Of a stretch of DNA of 64,000 nt, positions 1-11,798 are shown piece by piece. The first letter of the stretch is position 1, and each line of letters begins with the position of its first letter. Source of the DNA: Escherichia coli. GTDB lineage: Bacteria; Pseudomonadota; Gammaproteobacteria; Enterobacterales; Enterobacteriaceae. The notes beneath the pieces are model-generated. The model had not been told where the DNA came from. It saw nothing but the letters and a program-made list of their open reading frames with translations, and did not search any database. The DNA lies in the NCBI RefSeq assembly GCF_011045215.1, contig NZ_CP049201.1; one strand, written 5' to 3'. Both the position numbers and the translations under genes were made by a program.

Positions 1-1311
1 CGGATGTGGACGAGAGTTCAGTATATGAAGCACATAACTATGAGTTTCACTGCCTATGTGCCCCGCCCATTCCAGAAGACGCTCTGGCGTCCAGGTGGCA
101 TGCTGTCGATGAGCTTCAGGCATGTGCTCGTTGCGGGTACTGTAGCCATAAGTACGCTTGCGCGGGTGCACAGCAACCTCCTGCCCCTGATTGAAGAGTC
201 TTACCAGTTCTCCGGAGATCCATGCTTCCAGTTGCTGGCCTAACAGCGAACATGGAACCGAGTAGTAATGTTTGTCGATTTCCACGTGGTAATCGGCATG
301 AACTCTGACTTTCTTCACCAGGGTGTAACTGTAACTGGCTTCAGGAAGAGGCTTCAGTGCGGGTTTATCAAGCTGGATGAAGAGTTCTGCACGTGAATAA
401 CCCAACTTCTGCATTATTTTGTTATTCAGTCTTTCCAGCAACTCCCGAATGCGCTGATTAAGCGATGCAAGGCTGTAGAAGATCTCATGCCTGATTCGGG
501 CCATGATCCAGCGTTCAACAACCTGAACGCCAACTTCAGCTTTGGCTTTATCTTTCGGTTTACGTGGCCGCGCAGGCAAAACTGCGACATTATAATGCTC
601 AAGCATCTGCTGGTAGGTAGGGTTAACGTCAGGATCATACTTACATGCCCTGGATGTGGCGCTTTTCAGATTGTCCGGAACAACAAGTTCAGGAACGCCA
701 CCCAACCACTGGAAGCAGCGAACATGACTCATCACCCAGTCTTCAAGCTGCTGAGACCAGGTGGCCTCTGCCCATGTGTAACTTGATGCCCCGAGAACAG
801 CTACGATGACCTGAGCAGTTCTTATTTCTCCGGTCTCAGGGTCGGTAACGCCAACGGTAGGTCCACAGTAATCAACGAAAAGTTTTTCGCCAGCTTTATG
901 TACCTGACGCATTGATGGTGAAGTGGTTTTGAGCCATTCACGGTACATCCGGCAGTAATGGTTATAGCTGTAAAAACCGCCTGGATTACGCTCACAGTAT
1001 TCTTCCCAGAGTAGCTGCAGCGTCACGCATTTATTACGCAGTTCCCGGTGTACTGTAGCCCAGTCAGGCAGAGAGTGCTTCTTCATCTTAACCTGGGTCT
1101 GAAGGAACGCATGTTTTAGTTTTGTATCATCCCATCCTGTAGGTAAGGGCCACTGCTTTATGCCAAGTTGAGCCGCCCGATTAGCATATCTGGATACAAC
1201 GGAAGGGGAGATTGCAAGACTACGACCAATTTGTCGATGGCTGAGTCCAACACCGTATTTAAGCCTAAGAATTTCTTTAAGTTTTCTCATAGAAATTGGA
1301 ACTGTTGGCAT
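1..1311 (-). CDS. istA: IS21-family transposase IstA, C-terminus truncated by window start
   Basis: Manual translation of minus strand: MPTVPISMRKLKEILRLKYGVGLSHRQIGRSLAISPSVVSRYANRAAQLG...VDYCGPTVGV...RPRKPKDKAKAEVGVQ...; N-terminal HTH plus IstA-type DDE integrase core, no stop through position 1. Confidence 0.8.
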   Translation of the reverse strand, partial: MPTVPISMRKLKEILRLKYGVGLSHRQIGRSLAISPSVVSRYANRAAQLGIKQWPLPTGWDDTKLKHAFLQTQVKMKKHSLPDWATVHRELRNKCVTLQLLWEEYCERNPGGFYSYNHYCRMYREWLKTTSPSMRQVHKAGEKLFVDYCGPTVGVTDPETGEIRTAQVIVAVLGASSYTWAEATWSQQLEDWVMSHVRCFQWLGGVPELVVPDNLKSATSRACKYDPDVNPTYQQMLEHYNVAVLPARPRKPKDKAKAEVGVQVVERWIMARIRHEIFYSLASLNQRIRELLERLNNKIMQKLGYSRAELFIQLDKPALKPLPEASYSYTLVKKVRVHADYHVEIDKHYYSVPCSLLGQQLEAWISGELVRLFNQGQEVAVHPRKRTYGYSTRNEHMPEAHRQHATWTPERLLEWAGHIGSETHSYVLHILNSRPHP

Positions 1312-1371
1312 AGGTATCCTTTACCGGAATGGCAAAAGATACAGATCAACACACCTGTGAAGTTCCAATAA
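1..1371 (-). mobile_element. IS21-family insertion sequence, partial (istA 5' part and left-end region; remainder off-window)
   Basis: Uninterrupted minus-strand frame from ATG at 1311-1309 to the window edge (absent from the ORF track because no stop lies in the window). Exact IS terminus not resolved. Confidence 0.6.
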
Positions 1372-2993
1372 CATTGATGGAGATCACTGAATAACAAAAT
1401 GAGTCAAAAGTGATCTCCATCGATGTTATCATATCCTTACCCATAAATCCGAGTGATGTTATTCTGTTGATAAATTAACCATAATTTAGAGGAACTATGG
1501 AAAACTGGGTTATTAAGGAGCTGGAATCTCTGAATGTTGGTGATATCAGGCTCGAAAAGCGAATAAAGCACGTTCTCAGTGTGCTTAGCCGTTCACCAAA
1601 GGAAAGTATTCCCGTATCCTGCCGTACCTGGAGTGAGACAAAAGCTGCTTATCGTTGCTTTTCCAGTGATAAAATTTCAGCCGATAAAATCATGGCTCCC
1701 CATAAGAAAAATATCATCGAAAGGACTAAACAGTTTAAACGGGCTCTGGTTTTACAGGATACGACTGAACTAAATTATTCTGGTCAAAAAAAGAAACAGG
1801 GCGTCGGTCCCAGACGACATGAAAATGAGCGAGATTTGTTTATTCACCCTCAATTGGTTATAAGTGATTCAGGTATTTGCTTAGGGGTTTATGATGATTA
1901 TCAATGGTTCAGAAAAGAACTCAAAACTCAGAAACAAAGTCGTAAAGAAATAACTAATGATTCACTTCACAGGAAACATATCAGTGAGAAAGAAACAGGA
2001 CGGTGGATAGAAGGATATAAAAAAGCAACAGAACTGGCTAGGTCCTGTCCTGATACCCAGATAATTTCTGTTTCAGACCGTGAAGGTGATATTTACGACC
2101 TCTTTGAGAGTGCAGAAAATGAAAGTGGGATAAAGGCTGACTGGCTCGTAAGAATGAAGAGCATTAACCGGGCTATACTGAATTCATCAGGAAAAAGAGA
2201 CTCATTACTCCTGAATGAAAAAATGATGCAGATTTTGCCACAGCAGATAATTGAGTTTACCCTTCCGGAAGGACGAGGACAACCTTCCCGCAAAGTCCAG
2301 CAGGAGCTACGCTTAGCAAGGTTGACGCTACATCCACCCACCGGTCGAAGAGGAAAGTTACGTTGTTCTCCGGTAACGGTAACTGTATTACTTGCAAAGG
2401 AAATAAATGCTCCAGAAAGTGTCCAGCCATTAGTATGGTGGCTAATGAGTAGTGTACCTCCAGAAAAGCTGACGGAACCCGCACAGCTTATTCAATGGTA
2501 TTTATTACGCTGGCAGATTGAAGTTTTCTTTAAGGTATTAAAAAGCGGATGTCAGGTTGAGAAATTACAACTTGAGACATTTGAACGCACAAGGAACTGT
2601 CTGGCCTTATACCTTATAATCTCATGGAGAATACTTTATCTTAGCTCATTGTATAAAATGGTTCCGGAGGAACCCTGTGATTTAATTTTCGAAAAGAAAG
2701 AATATGAGTATCTCTGGATATTGGTAGAGAATACGCCTCCACCTGAAAACATACCGAATATAAGAACGGCGGTTTTAATGCTTGCAAGATTAGGAGGATA
2801 TCTGGCAAGAAAAAATGATTCGCCTCCAGGCCCTAAGACTATATGGTCAGGATTAACACAATTAATGCTGTCAATTAATGCCATAGAAATAGCCCAGAAA
2901 ACTTGTGGGTAAGGGTATGCGATGTTATTCAGCGATCTGTTCAAATGTTATTACCCGATCTCGATGGAAGTTATTGAGTGATCTCCTTTCATG
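1372..2993 (+). mobile_element. IS4-family insertion sequence (IS50/Tn5-like transposase)
   Basis: 24-bp imperfect terminal inverted repeats: CATTGATGGAGATCACTGAATAAC (1372-1395) versus reverse complement of 2970-2993 CATGAAAGGAGATCACTCAATAAC (20/24 identical), bracketing the transposase ORF. Confidence 0.75.
1497..2912 (+). CDS. IS4-family DDE transposase (Tn5/IS50-like)
   Basis: 471 aa, ATG preceded by GAGGA; motifs LQDTTELNY, VSDREGDIYD, YLLRWQIEVFFK, ARLGGY match the Tn5 transposase catalytic regions. Confidence 0.85.
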   Translation: MENWVIKELESLNVGDIRLEKRIKHVLSVLSRSPKESIPVSCRTWSETKAAYRCFSSDKISADKIMAPHKKNIIERTKQFKRALVLQDTTELNYSGQKKKQGVGPRRHENERDLFIHPQLVISDSGICLGVYDDYQWFRKELKTQKQSRKEITNDSLHRKHISEKETGRWIEGYKKATELARSCPDTQIISVSDREGDIYDLFESAENESGIKADWLVRMKSINRAILNSSGKRDSLLLNEKMMQILPQQIIEFTLPEGRGQPSRKVQQELRLARLTLHPPTGRRGKLRCSPVTVTVLLAKEINAPESVQPLVWWLMSSVPPEKLTEPAQLIQWYLLRWQIEVFFKVLKSGCQVEKLQLETFERTRNCLALYLIISWRILYLSSLYKMVPEEPCDLIFEKKEYEYLWILVENTPPPENIPNIRTAVLMLARLGGYLARKNDSPPGPKTIWSGLTQLMLSINAIEIAQKTCG

Positions 2994-3271
2994 AAAATAC
3001 GCACCTCCTTCTCGCTCCTGAAAGATGGACAGTTTTGTATTCTTCGTTCATATTCACAGGTAACCTGCCCCAGAATATCCTCCGGCGGTGTCAGCCACTT
3101 ATTCCTGAGCAATACACTGGTTGATGAATGGCAGCAGGCTATTTCAGCAATAATTTCATGTAATATCTCCGGCCTGAATTTCTTCAGTTCATTGTGATGT
3201 TCCCGGGTAAAACCATGTTCATCGAACAAAAGCTGCCATATCATTGATATACTTCCTTTATTCATCATCAA
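2951..3271 (-). CDS. hypothetical protein (106 aa); 3' end overlaps the IS4 right inverted repeat
   Basis: ORF whose start overlaps the stop of the upstream PerC-like gene (ATGA overlap at 3268-3271). Last codons (RIFMKGDHSIT) are encoded by the IS terminal repeat, so the native C-terminus may be replaced. Confidence 0.3.
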   Translation of the reverse strand: MMMNKGSISMIWQLLFDEHGFTREHHNELKKFRPEILHEIIAEIACCHSSTSVLLRNKWLTPPEDILGQVTCEYERRIQNCPSFRSEKEVRIFMKGDHSITSIEIG

Positions 3272-3597
3272 TACCTGTTATCTGAATATCTACAGGTCAA
3301 TATACCTTTTCTGAATACCTCTCCGGACGGGCTGGCAATCCCCATTCGCCTCAGCGTGGCATCTGCAGCTTTTACCACTTCGCTGATATCCAGCTTTTCA
3401 GGTAGCGGCGGGGACGATATCTGCGTCAGGCAATAATTCCTGCGTAACAACAACCACTCCCGTTGTACTTCTGTACATTCAAAATTGCCCATAACAAATA
3501 GCCAGCGGGCAGAAGCTCTGCGCCAGTAACCTGCAGCCTCCAGTTTCTGTGCAACCGCGTCTTCCACAACCTCCGGGGTTCTCTTTTTCCTACTCAA
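3268..3597 (-). CDS. PerC-family transcriptional activator-like protein
   Basis: 109 aa; motif LEAAGYWRRASARW...QREWLLLRRNYCL resembles the conserved core of PerC/Pch regulators (from memory, not searched). Confidence 0.5.
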   Translation of the reverse strand: MSRKKRTPEVVEDAVAQKLEAAGYWRRASARWLFVMGNFECTEVQREWLLLRRNYCLTQISSPPLPEKLDISEVVKAADATLRRMGIASPSGEVFRKGILTCRYSDNRY

Positions 3598-4348
3598 AAC
3601 ATCAACTCACTGAAATAATACACATATCTGACGCTATCAGCGAACCGTCCATGCCAGGTTCAGTACCAATGCGTTCATCCGGCCAGCCCAGACGTGACAG
3701 GTCCCTGACAATATCAGGCATTGAGGTTATCTGATATTTTTCCTTTTCACTGCGTATTTAATCTACAGAATTTCCGGAACAGTCAGAAATTATAAGGTTA
3801 CGTGAAACGCTGCTCTAGATAACCTCTTCAGTAGTATTATCCTCTCATTATAAGTTACTATTTTTAACAACATTTTATCTCTGATTTACATGTTTATTTT
3901 AAAACATATAATATCTCTATATTGGTACTGAAACTGACAAAAACGAGACATGTTCTGACTACCGAACATCACCGGAATTTTCTCAGCAAATTTCCCATGT
4001 AGTCGAAAATGCCAAACTAAAGATGAGTTTATCTCTGCCATTAACCATGATTAATTGTGGATTTGTCTCTCCCCATGGATTTAAACACAATCATTATAAA
4101 CGTCTCGCAGTTATCTCCAGTTTGGTTGCCACTGTAACGGAATTATTTCCTGATAAATTTTATTCACTACGAAATTACTAACAACACCATTTTCTTTTAG
4201 CTATTGCGCAATAGCACTTATTTTATATGTCTCAGGAATATGCTGATGTGACTCAACTAAAGAAGTCTGTACCCATGGATTCCGTACAATAATATGAGCG
4301 CATTGTTCGAATCAGGTTTGTGTCTCCCGATACAATGTTTTTCAGACT

Positions 4349-7030
4349 TTAGCCCAACAGGCCTGACAGAAACGTTCCCAACTTCCCTTCTATATCACTG
4401 TCTATAGTACGTAATCTTAGCAATGGCAGGCCACATTTCTTCAGTATACTGTTTTTAAGTTCATCACGTTCAGCCTGAACACTGGTCAGATGATAACCTC
4501 CATCCACTTCAATAACCCCTAACGGAGCCTTCCCGACCTTATAGTAAACAACAAAGTCACAACTGGCACGGTTACGCATGAATAACTGTTCACGGTGTGT
4601 AAAATCCCCCCGCTCCAGCAACACCAACTGATTCAGCGCTATTTGTGAATGAAACATCATACTCCGATAACTATCCTGCGACAGGATATCCCGCAACAGG
4701 CAGGCCACAATCTGTTCTGACTTAAAGTGTGAATCATTTGAATTCAATCTACTATTCAGTCGTTCCAGTGATTTGTCATACTCACTGTACAGCAAATCAA
4801 ATGCTGATATGACCGGGCTCTCGAAAATCTCTCCGTCATCAGCGTAGTATTTGATGTAACGAATCAGCGCCGCAATATGTCCAGCGTGGCGTTCAAATAC
4901 ATCATTACCAGTCACCAGCGTAAATTTATTTCGGGCCCTTGAAACAGCGACATTCACCAGTTCAGGATTATCAACAAACGCGATGTTCCGACTTTGCTGG
5001 CTGCTGCGTTTCTTATCCAGCACAGTGGAAAACACAATTTCATCGCACTCCCGTCCCTGAAATTTATGCACCGTCGATTTCACAAAATCAGCAGGCAGCA
5101 CTTTTTCAGCCAGATTAACCTGTGCATTATATGGGGCAATGTATCCCCTGCTACTTTCTTCATCCCAGTAATGACCTTCCAGAGATTCAAGCTCCCTGAG
5201 ATTTGAAAAATTACGGGTATGGTTTCCTTTTGCCGTGATGACCAGAGATAATGAGGCTTCACCGGAATCAACCGTTAGCGGTATCAGAGCATTATCATAA
5301 AACTGCTTATTACAAAATTGAATGATTTTAGGATGACAGCGATAATGCTCTTTAAGAAGAGTTACTGGCACCATGTTCCTGAACAACATACAAACCGAAT
5401 CAAGTAGACTATATTTCTCACAATTATAGTATTCTGCCGGTGGAGATGGGCTGTTCGGGAGTAATACAGGAACATGTGGAAGTTGCTTACGATCCCCTAC
5501 AACGATTACATTACGGGCACATCCCAGTCCCAGAATGCCCGGAATAATATCCTGCTGTGAGGCTTCATCAATAATCACATAATCAAGAAGGGCACCCTTA
5601 CCGATTGAGTTAATAATCGAATGCGTGCTGCTACCAATAACCGGAAAACGCTTTATAAAATGGTCAAATTCATCCCTGTATGCTTCTGTCGAGAATGAAT
5701 TTCTTGTTGAAATATTTCTTCGCAGATGTTGCTTTAAATAAAGCATAGACCATGATATCAGGCGTTCCAGTAAAATTTTAAAATCAGATTCCTTTAATAC
5801 TTTCTCACATTCATTCAGAGAAAATTGCTTTTCCCGGATAGCTTTTTCATAATAAGAAAGCTGAAGAGAAGTAAATAGTGCCTGCCTTCTCTCCGGAATC
5901 ATCAATGGTTTGACTTTCAGTATCCTGAAGTTTAACAATAAATCAATTCTGTTTCTGAATCCAATCCGCCTGTCAGAAAGGTAATGAATATAAGCCATCA
6001 GGTCGGTTGTTTTTCGTGAGGAAAACCGATATTTGTGAGAAAAAAACTCCTCCGGTCGAAGATTCTGACTCTGCCATTGTTGCAGGTATTTATACTCAAT
6101 ACTCAGTTCATCAATTTCTGCTTTTAACGAAGCAACCTGGTTGATGGCATTCAGGTGTTTTTTCACTTGTTGAAGTACATCATCAATCGCATTTGCAGAC
6201 GGTGAATCAGATAAGGCTTCCTCAGAACGCGAAATCGACGTTGAAAAAAACTGTTGCCTGTTCTCCGTACTCCCCAGTCGTGCCACCACATATCCCAGTT
6301 GCTGTTTGTCCATCTTTTCATAAACATTACTGACAGCTGAGTTATTATTGGACAAAATTGCCACTGTTTTATTCTGAATTAATATATTAGCAACAATATT
6401 GAGTATAGTCTGTGTTTTACCTGTTCCAGGTGGTCCTTCAATAACTGAAATCTGTGAGGAAAATGCCCGTTCGACAGCCAGCAACTGACTTTCATTAAGA
6501 CCAAACGGAAAAATCAAACTCCATGGCGAATCACGTTTTTTACTCTGTCCTGAACAGTATGCATGCAAGGCGGTATCCGGATGAGGAACTATTTTCTTTA
6601 TCTGCCTAAGGATATTCTCATCGATATTTCGGTTATTACCACGAGCATAAAAAATACGTTCATTAGCCACCCTACACAAGTAATTAAACACGGCATGCTC
6701 TGTAAATGCTGAACACTGTTGAAAGTCAAGGCCGGTCGTTTTCATAATGTAGGGTCGTTCACCCTCGCGGTAATAAACAGCAGCATATTTATCACCATAT
6801 ATAATAACCCGTTCAGCCCGGGATGTTACAGCGTCCCCTTTCCTTTCGAGGAAAACATTTCGCAAATTTACAGTTGGCGTTATCTGACATACAGAAAGCG
6901 GACGAGTATATTTTTTCCCGCTGCGAAAATGACAGGTCAGCATAACCTCTCCGTCGTCATTTCCAGCCCACAGCGTCCAGTCGGTAATTTTATGAGTCTT
7001 ATTTTCACCGTCAACACAAATCGTGACCAT
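4349..7030 (-). CDS. SF1B (Upf1/DNA2-like) helicase fused to a C-terminal Vsr/DUF559/DUF2726-like endonuclease domain, with an uncharacterised ~180-aa N-terminal domain
   Basis: 893 aa; Walker A GPPGTGKT, Walker B IIDEASQ, VVGDRKQLP, HYRCHP, SRAR helicase motifs; C-terminal IEVDGGYH...ERDELK...GLPLLRL resembles PD-(D/E)xK Vsr-like nuclease folds. Confidence 0.75.
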   Translation of the reverse strand: MVTICVDGENKTHKITDWTLWAGNDDGEVMLTCHFRSGKKYTRPLSVCQITPTVNLRNVFLERKGDAVTSRAERVIIYGDKYAAVYYREGERPYIMKTTGLDFQQCSAFTEHAVFNYLCRVANERIFYARGNNRNIDENILRQIKKIVPHPDTALHAYCSGQSKKRDSPWSLIFPFGLNESQLLAVERAFSSQISVIEGPPGTGKTQTILNIVANILIQNKTVAILSNNNSAVSNVYEKMDKQQLGYVVARLGSTENRQQFFSTSISRSEEALSDSPSANAIDDVLQQVKKHLNAINQVASLKAEIDELSIEYKYLQQWQSQNLRPEEFFSHKYRFSSRKTTDLMAYIHYLSDRRIGFRNRIDLLLNFRILKVKPLMIPERRQALFTSLQLSYYEKAIREKQFSLNECEKVLKESDFKILLERLISWSMLYLKQHLRRNISTRNSFSTEAYRDEFDHFIKRFPVIGSSTHSIINSIGKGALLDYVIIDEASQQDIIPGILGLGCARNVIVVGDRKQLPHVPVLLPNSPSPPAEYYNCEKYSLLDSVCMLFRNMVPVTLLKEHYRCHPKIIQFCNKQFYDNALIPLTVDSGEASLSLVITAKGNHTRNFSNLRELESLEGHYWDEESSRGYIAPYNAQVNLAEKVLPADFVKSTVHKFQGRECDEIVFSTVLDKKRSSQQSRNIAFVDNPELVNVAVSRARNKFTLVTGNDVFERHAGHIAALIRYIKYYADDGEIFESPVISAFDLLYSEYDKSLERLNSRLNSNDSHFKSEQIVACLLRDILSQDSYRSMMFHSQIALNQLVLLERGDFTHREQLFMRNRASCDFVVYYKVGKAPLGVIEVDGGYHLTSVQAERDELKNSILKKCGLPLLRLRTIDSDIEGKLGTFLSGLLG

Positions 7031-7471
7031 ATTCTCACTCAGAAATTATCATTTAACTTACGGAAAATTGTTAAGGCACTCCCGATATTAGCTCCGGAGG
7101 ATTTTCCACAACCCCGGGACTGTTAACATATTTCTGCCTGCCATATATACATTGAATTCAGTCATAACAGTCAATACCAGAATTACAGGAACGCGATGCC
7201 GATACGCTCGTTATTGAATACAGATAGCCCTGGCACTAATTCATCACGATACTCTGTATTTACTATTTTCACTGCTTTTTACAACCATTCCCCCAGGTAA
7301 AAAAGTCCATTTATCATGCTCCTCTTTAACGCCTGTCAGCCTAATTTAAGAATGGATACCGTGGGTGGAATTAACAATACTTACTCAGGCCAATGCCATG
7401 TAACCGCCTCACTGAAAAAGCCAGATCAGCTAACCAGGCACAGACCAACATCGCAAAAATTACCATGCAGC

Positions 7472-7507
7472 ACGCGCGTATTTTCATGGAAGGAGATCAT
7501 CCAATAA
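7472..7507 (+). repeat. Solo copy of the IS4-element terminal repeat plus 9-bp outside flank
   Basis: 7484-7507 CATGGAAGGAGATCATCCAATAAC matches the IS right-end repeat 21/24; the preceding GCGTATTTT also matches the sequence just outside the IS right end (2994-3002, complementary strand). Confidence 0.6.
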
Positions 7508-7656
7508 CGGCGTTTTTCAAGGAAACGAATCTCTTTGATTATCTATGGTGTGTACATTCTTTTGGGTTTATTTTCCATTACCATGTTTTATCAGCCATTA
7601 TGGCTGCCTCACTGGTTTGCCAGCGTGTTCCACCTGATAACGATTAATCAACTGAT

Positions 7657-8874
7657 TCAGTGCCATTTCAGCCTGTTTTTGATGCTAAACACCTCCGTTT
7701 TCAGTTCACTGACCGTCATGTATTTTCCCCGCTGTTCATCCAGACGGTTCAGGCGCTCAGCCAGCTGCTGTAAGCGGGTCATGCCTTCGTTCCAGCCCGT
7801 CATTGCCTCTTCCGGGAGCGCACGACTCCTTATGCTCTTCTGCCAGTTATCCACCATTTCCTGAACACGGGGATTGCCGGGGAAAAGTCCCCTCAGTTGC
7901 TGCAGCAGCTGCGCACTGCGTTGCAGATTGTATGCCGGGGGTAATTGTGTCAGCCGCGTTATCTGCTGACCGGAAAGGGTTATCCACTCTGACGCATGAT
8001 TTAACAATGAGGATGTTCTGCTGAGCTGTGTCATCTGGTCTGCTGAAAGCACATCCGGTGGTGGTGTCAGCAGCGCCCTGAGTTGCTGCTCTGCCGGTGA
8101 TGACTGTGTCAGAAACTGCCATCCCGGAATGACCACGCTGACAGTCAGCAATGCCGCACAGACACCAGCCAAAAACGGCTTCAGAAACATGGACGGGAAT
8201 TTCTGAAGGGAGGGTGTGGGCTCTGTTTTTGTTTCAGAAACAACATACACCAGACGGGAGTGCGGCAGGGGCTGATGTTCCTGTACGTCCCGAGCATCAG
8301 ACCGGAGTGCCTGAGCCGGAAGGGTTACCGGAGACGACGCTTCGCCCTGTACAGGCTGGTTCTCCAGACGGGTGATATATCCCTTCACCATGGCTTCCGG
8401 CAACGCCACTTTACTGCTCTGTTTAAGTTCGTGCCGGGCCAGTGTGTCACTCAGTGCCTTCAGGAATGTTTCGGTCTGATACAGCAGGGGCAGATTGTCA
8501 CGGTCGTCCGGTGGCATGGCCCGGAGCGTTTTTTGCAGACGGTTGAACAGACCGGTAATAATTTCCAGCCGGGCATGGGTATTCAGCGGCCACATCACTG
8601 ACCAGTGATGCCGGGTCAGCGCCACAATCAGAGCCAGCCCTTCATTCAGGCCACTTAACCCTGTTGTATGCATCCGGGCAATGGTGTACCAGGATGCCGT
8701 CTGCAATTCCACGCCATTGTGTTCATACAGACGCAGGCAGAGCGTTTCCACGTAACGCCAGTCAACATCCGGGCGTGCCGGGTGGGTCAGTTTGCTGATT
8801 TCATCGCGCAGGGCAGCATAATCCGGTAATGACCGGGGGTCACCACCGGTTTTTAGTTTCACTTCAGAAGTCAT
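7657..8874 (-). CDS. ImpA_N-domain (TssA/VasL-like) protein with a central transmembrane helix
   Basis: 405 aa; N-terminal DWRYVETLCLRLYEHNGVELQTASWYTIARMHTTGLSGLNEGLALIVALTRHHWSVMWP follows the ImpA_N pattern; hydrophobic segment FLKPFLAGVCAALLTVSVVIPGW. Confidence 0.55.
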   Translation of the reverse strand: MTSEVKLKTGGDPRSLPDYAALRDEISKLTHPARPDVDWRYVETLCLRLYEHNGVELQTASWYTIARMHTTGLSGLNEGLALIVALTRHHWSVMWPLNTHARLEIITGLFNRLQKTLRAMPPDDRDNLPLLYQTETFLKALSDTLARHELKQSSKVALPEAMVKGYITRLENQPVQGEASSPVTLPAQALRSDARDVQEHQPLPHSRLVYVVSETKTEPTPSLQKFPSMFLKPFLAGVCAALLTVSVVIPGWQFLTQSSPAEQQLRALLTPPPDVLSADQMTQLSRTSSLLNHASEWITLSGQQITRLTQLPPAYNLQRSAQLLQQLRGLFPGNPRVQEMVDNWQKSIRSRALPEEAMTGWNEGMTRLQQLAERLNRLDEQRGKYMTVSELKTEVFSIKNRLKWH

Positions 8875-8928
8875 CGGCAGATTCAGTGTTGCTGTATTAA
8901 ATCATGATTAACAGTTACGGAAAGAATG

Positions 8929-9234
8929 TCAGTGTGATACCGGGACCCGGGAAAGGTATTCCACTGCACGGATGATTGCCGGTGTCACATCCCACCGCCG
9001 TTTCAGAACCGGTAACAGCTCATTAAGGTTTCTGATATAACGCTCAGTGAACAGCCGTTGTCCGTCCCGGGTTAAATGAAAACCTGACTGATTACAGGTA
9101 ATGGTGATATGACAGGTATCGTTGCCAATATATACGGCTTCCTGAGGTCTGAATCTGACATTCCAGTGCCAGGAGTACGGAGAGTGGTTCAGATAAAAAA
9201 GACGCATCTGAATATCGTTAAATAACGGGTTCAT
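8929..9234 (-). CDS. hypothetical protein (101 aa), same strand as and tightly spaced between its two neighbours
   Basis: ORF with 54-65 bp gaps to flanking genes; no recognisable motif. Confidence 0.4.
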   Translation of the reverse strand: MNPLFNDIQMRLFYLNHSPYSWHWNVRFRPQEAVYIGNDTCHITITCNQSGFHLTRDGQRLFTERYIRNLNELLPVLKRRWDVTPAIIRAVEYLSRVPVSH

Positions 9235-9299
9235 GGCGAATTAAATAAACCTGATAATAACAGTATGGTGAAAGCCCGGAATAAAGAAATAATCCGGTA

Positions 9300-11126
<1,827 letters not shown>

Positions 11127-11222
11127 ATTCCGTCTGAAGGGAATATGTCGAATACTTCATTAAAATACAAACATTCAGTAAACTTCACTACGCAAGTGCA
11201 ATTATCCAGTCCCGTCTAATGA

Positions 11223-11798
11223 TTAAAAACGATAACCAACTCCAACAGTAAATCCATTGACCGAATGTTTTCCATATATATCTGCTTTAGTTCCCTCATA
11301 CCCAACATTTACAGACATATTGCCCCACGGATTAATAATAACACCAGCTGCATAAGCAAAATCAGTGGATTTTTTTGATACAGACTCACTTAAATATCCA
11401 TCAGATTCATCAGCACCCACACTGTTTCTCCACTCATAATCTCCCTTCGCTTTAGTATGAGATATCCCCACCAAACCATAAAAACTGATATAGTCATTCA
11501 GACGATAAGCTGGGCCTGCGAGAAATGAATAATATTTAATATCAGCCTGCTGTCTGTAAAAATCGTCAGCTTCATCGCGATGACTGTCCGCCCAGTCACC
11601 TTTCATATACGAAAAACTCCCGACAACACTGACCGGAGAATCCCACTCATATCGATATTGCAGATTCACTCCTTTAATATTCTTAAAGTCCTGTACCTTA
11701 CTCTGAGCATAACCAGCCGATAGCGTATGATTATCAGCCAGTGTTGAACCACTCATAACAGATAATATCATTACTGAAATTATAACGAGTTTTTTCAT
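11223..11798 (-). CDS. Ail/Lom/PagC/OmpX-family outer-membrane beta-barrel protein
   Basis: 191 aa, signal peptide MKKLVIISVMILSVMSGSTLA, alternating aromatic beta-strand pattern, C-terminal GVGYRF. Confidence 0.8.
   Translation of the reverse strand: MKKLVIISVMILSVMSGSTLADNHTLSAGYAQSKVQDFKNIKGVNLQYRYEWDSPVSVVGSFSYMKGDWADSHRDEADDFYRQQADIKYYSFLAGPAYRLNDYISFYGLVGISHTKAKGDYEWRNSVGADESDGYLSESVSKKSTDFAYAAGVIINPWGNMSVNVGYEGTKADIYGKHSVNGFTVGVGYRF

Noticed and set aside
4-243. Plus-strand ORFs 4-243 and 6-194
   Set aside because: Antisense to the uninterrupted IS21 istA frame, which the ORF track omitted only because it lacks an in-window stop.
1376-1435. Hairpin-like inverted repeat (GATGGAGATCACT ... 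AGTGATCTCCATC), first considered a transcription terminator
   Set aside because: The left arm coincides with the IS4-element terminal inverted repeat and no T-tract follows; reinterpreted as IS end plus internal inverse copy.
7393-7864. Small plus-strand ORFs in the helicase to ImpA_N intergenic region
   Set aside because: The only conserved part (RIFMEGDHPIT) is the translation of the solo IS terminal repeat; no RBS or motif support.
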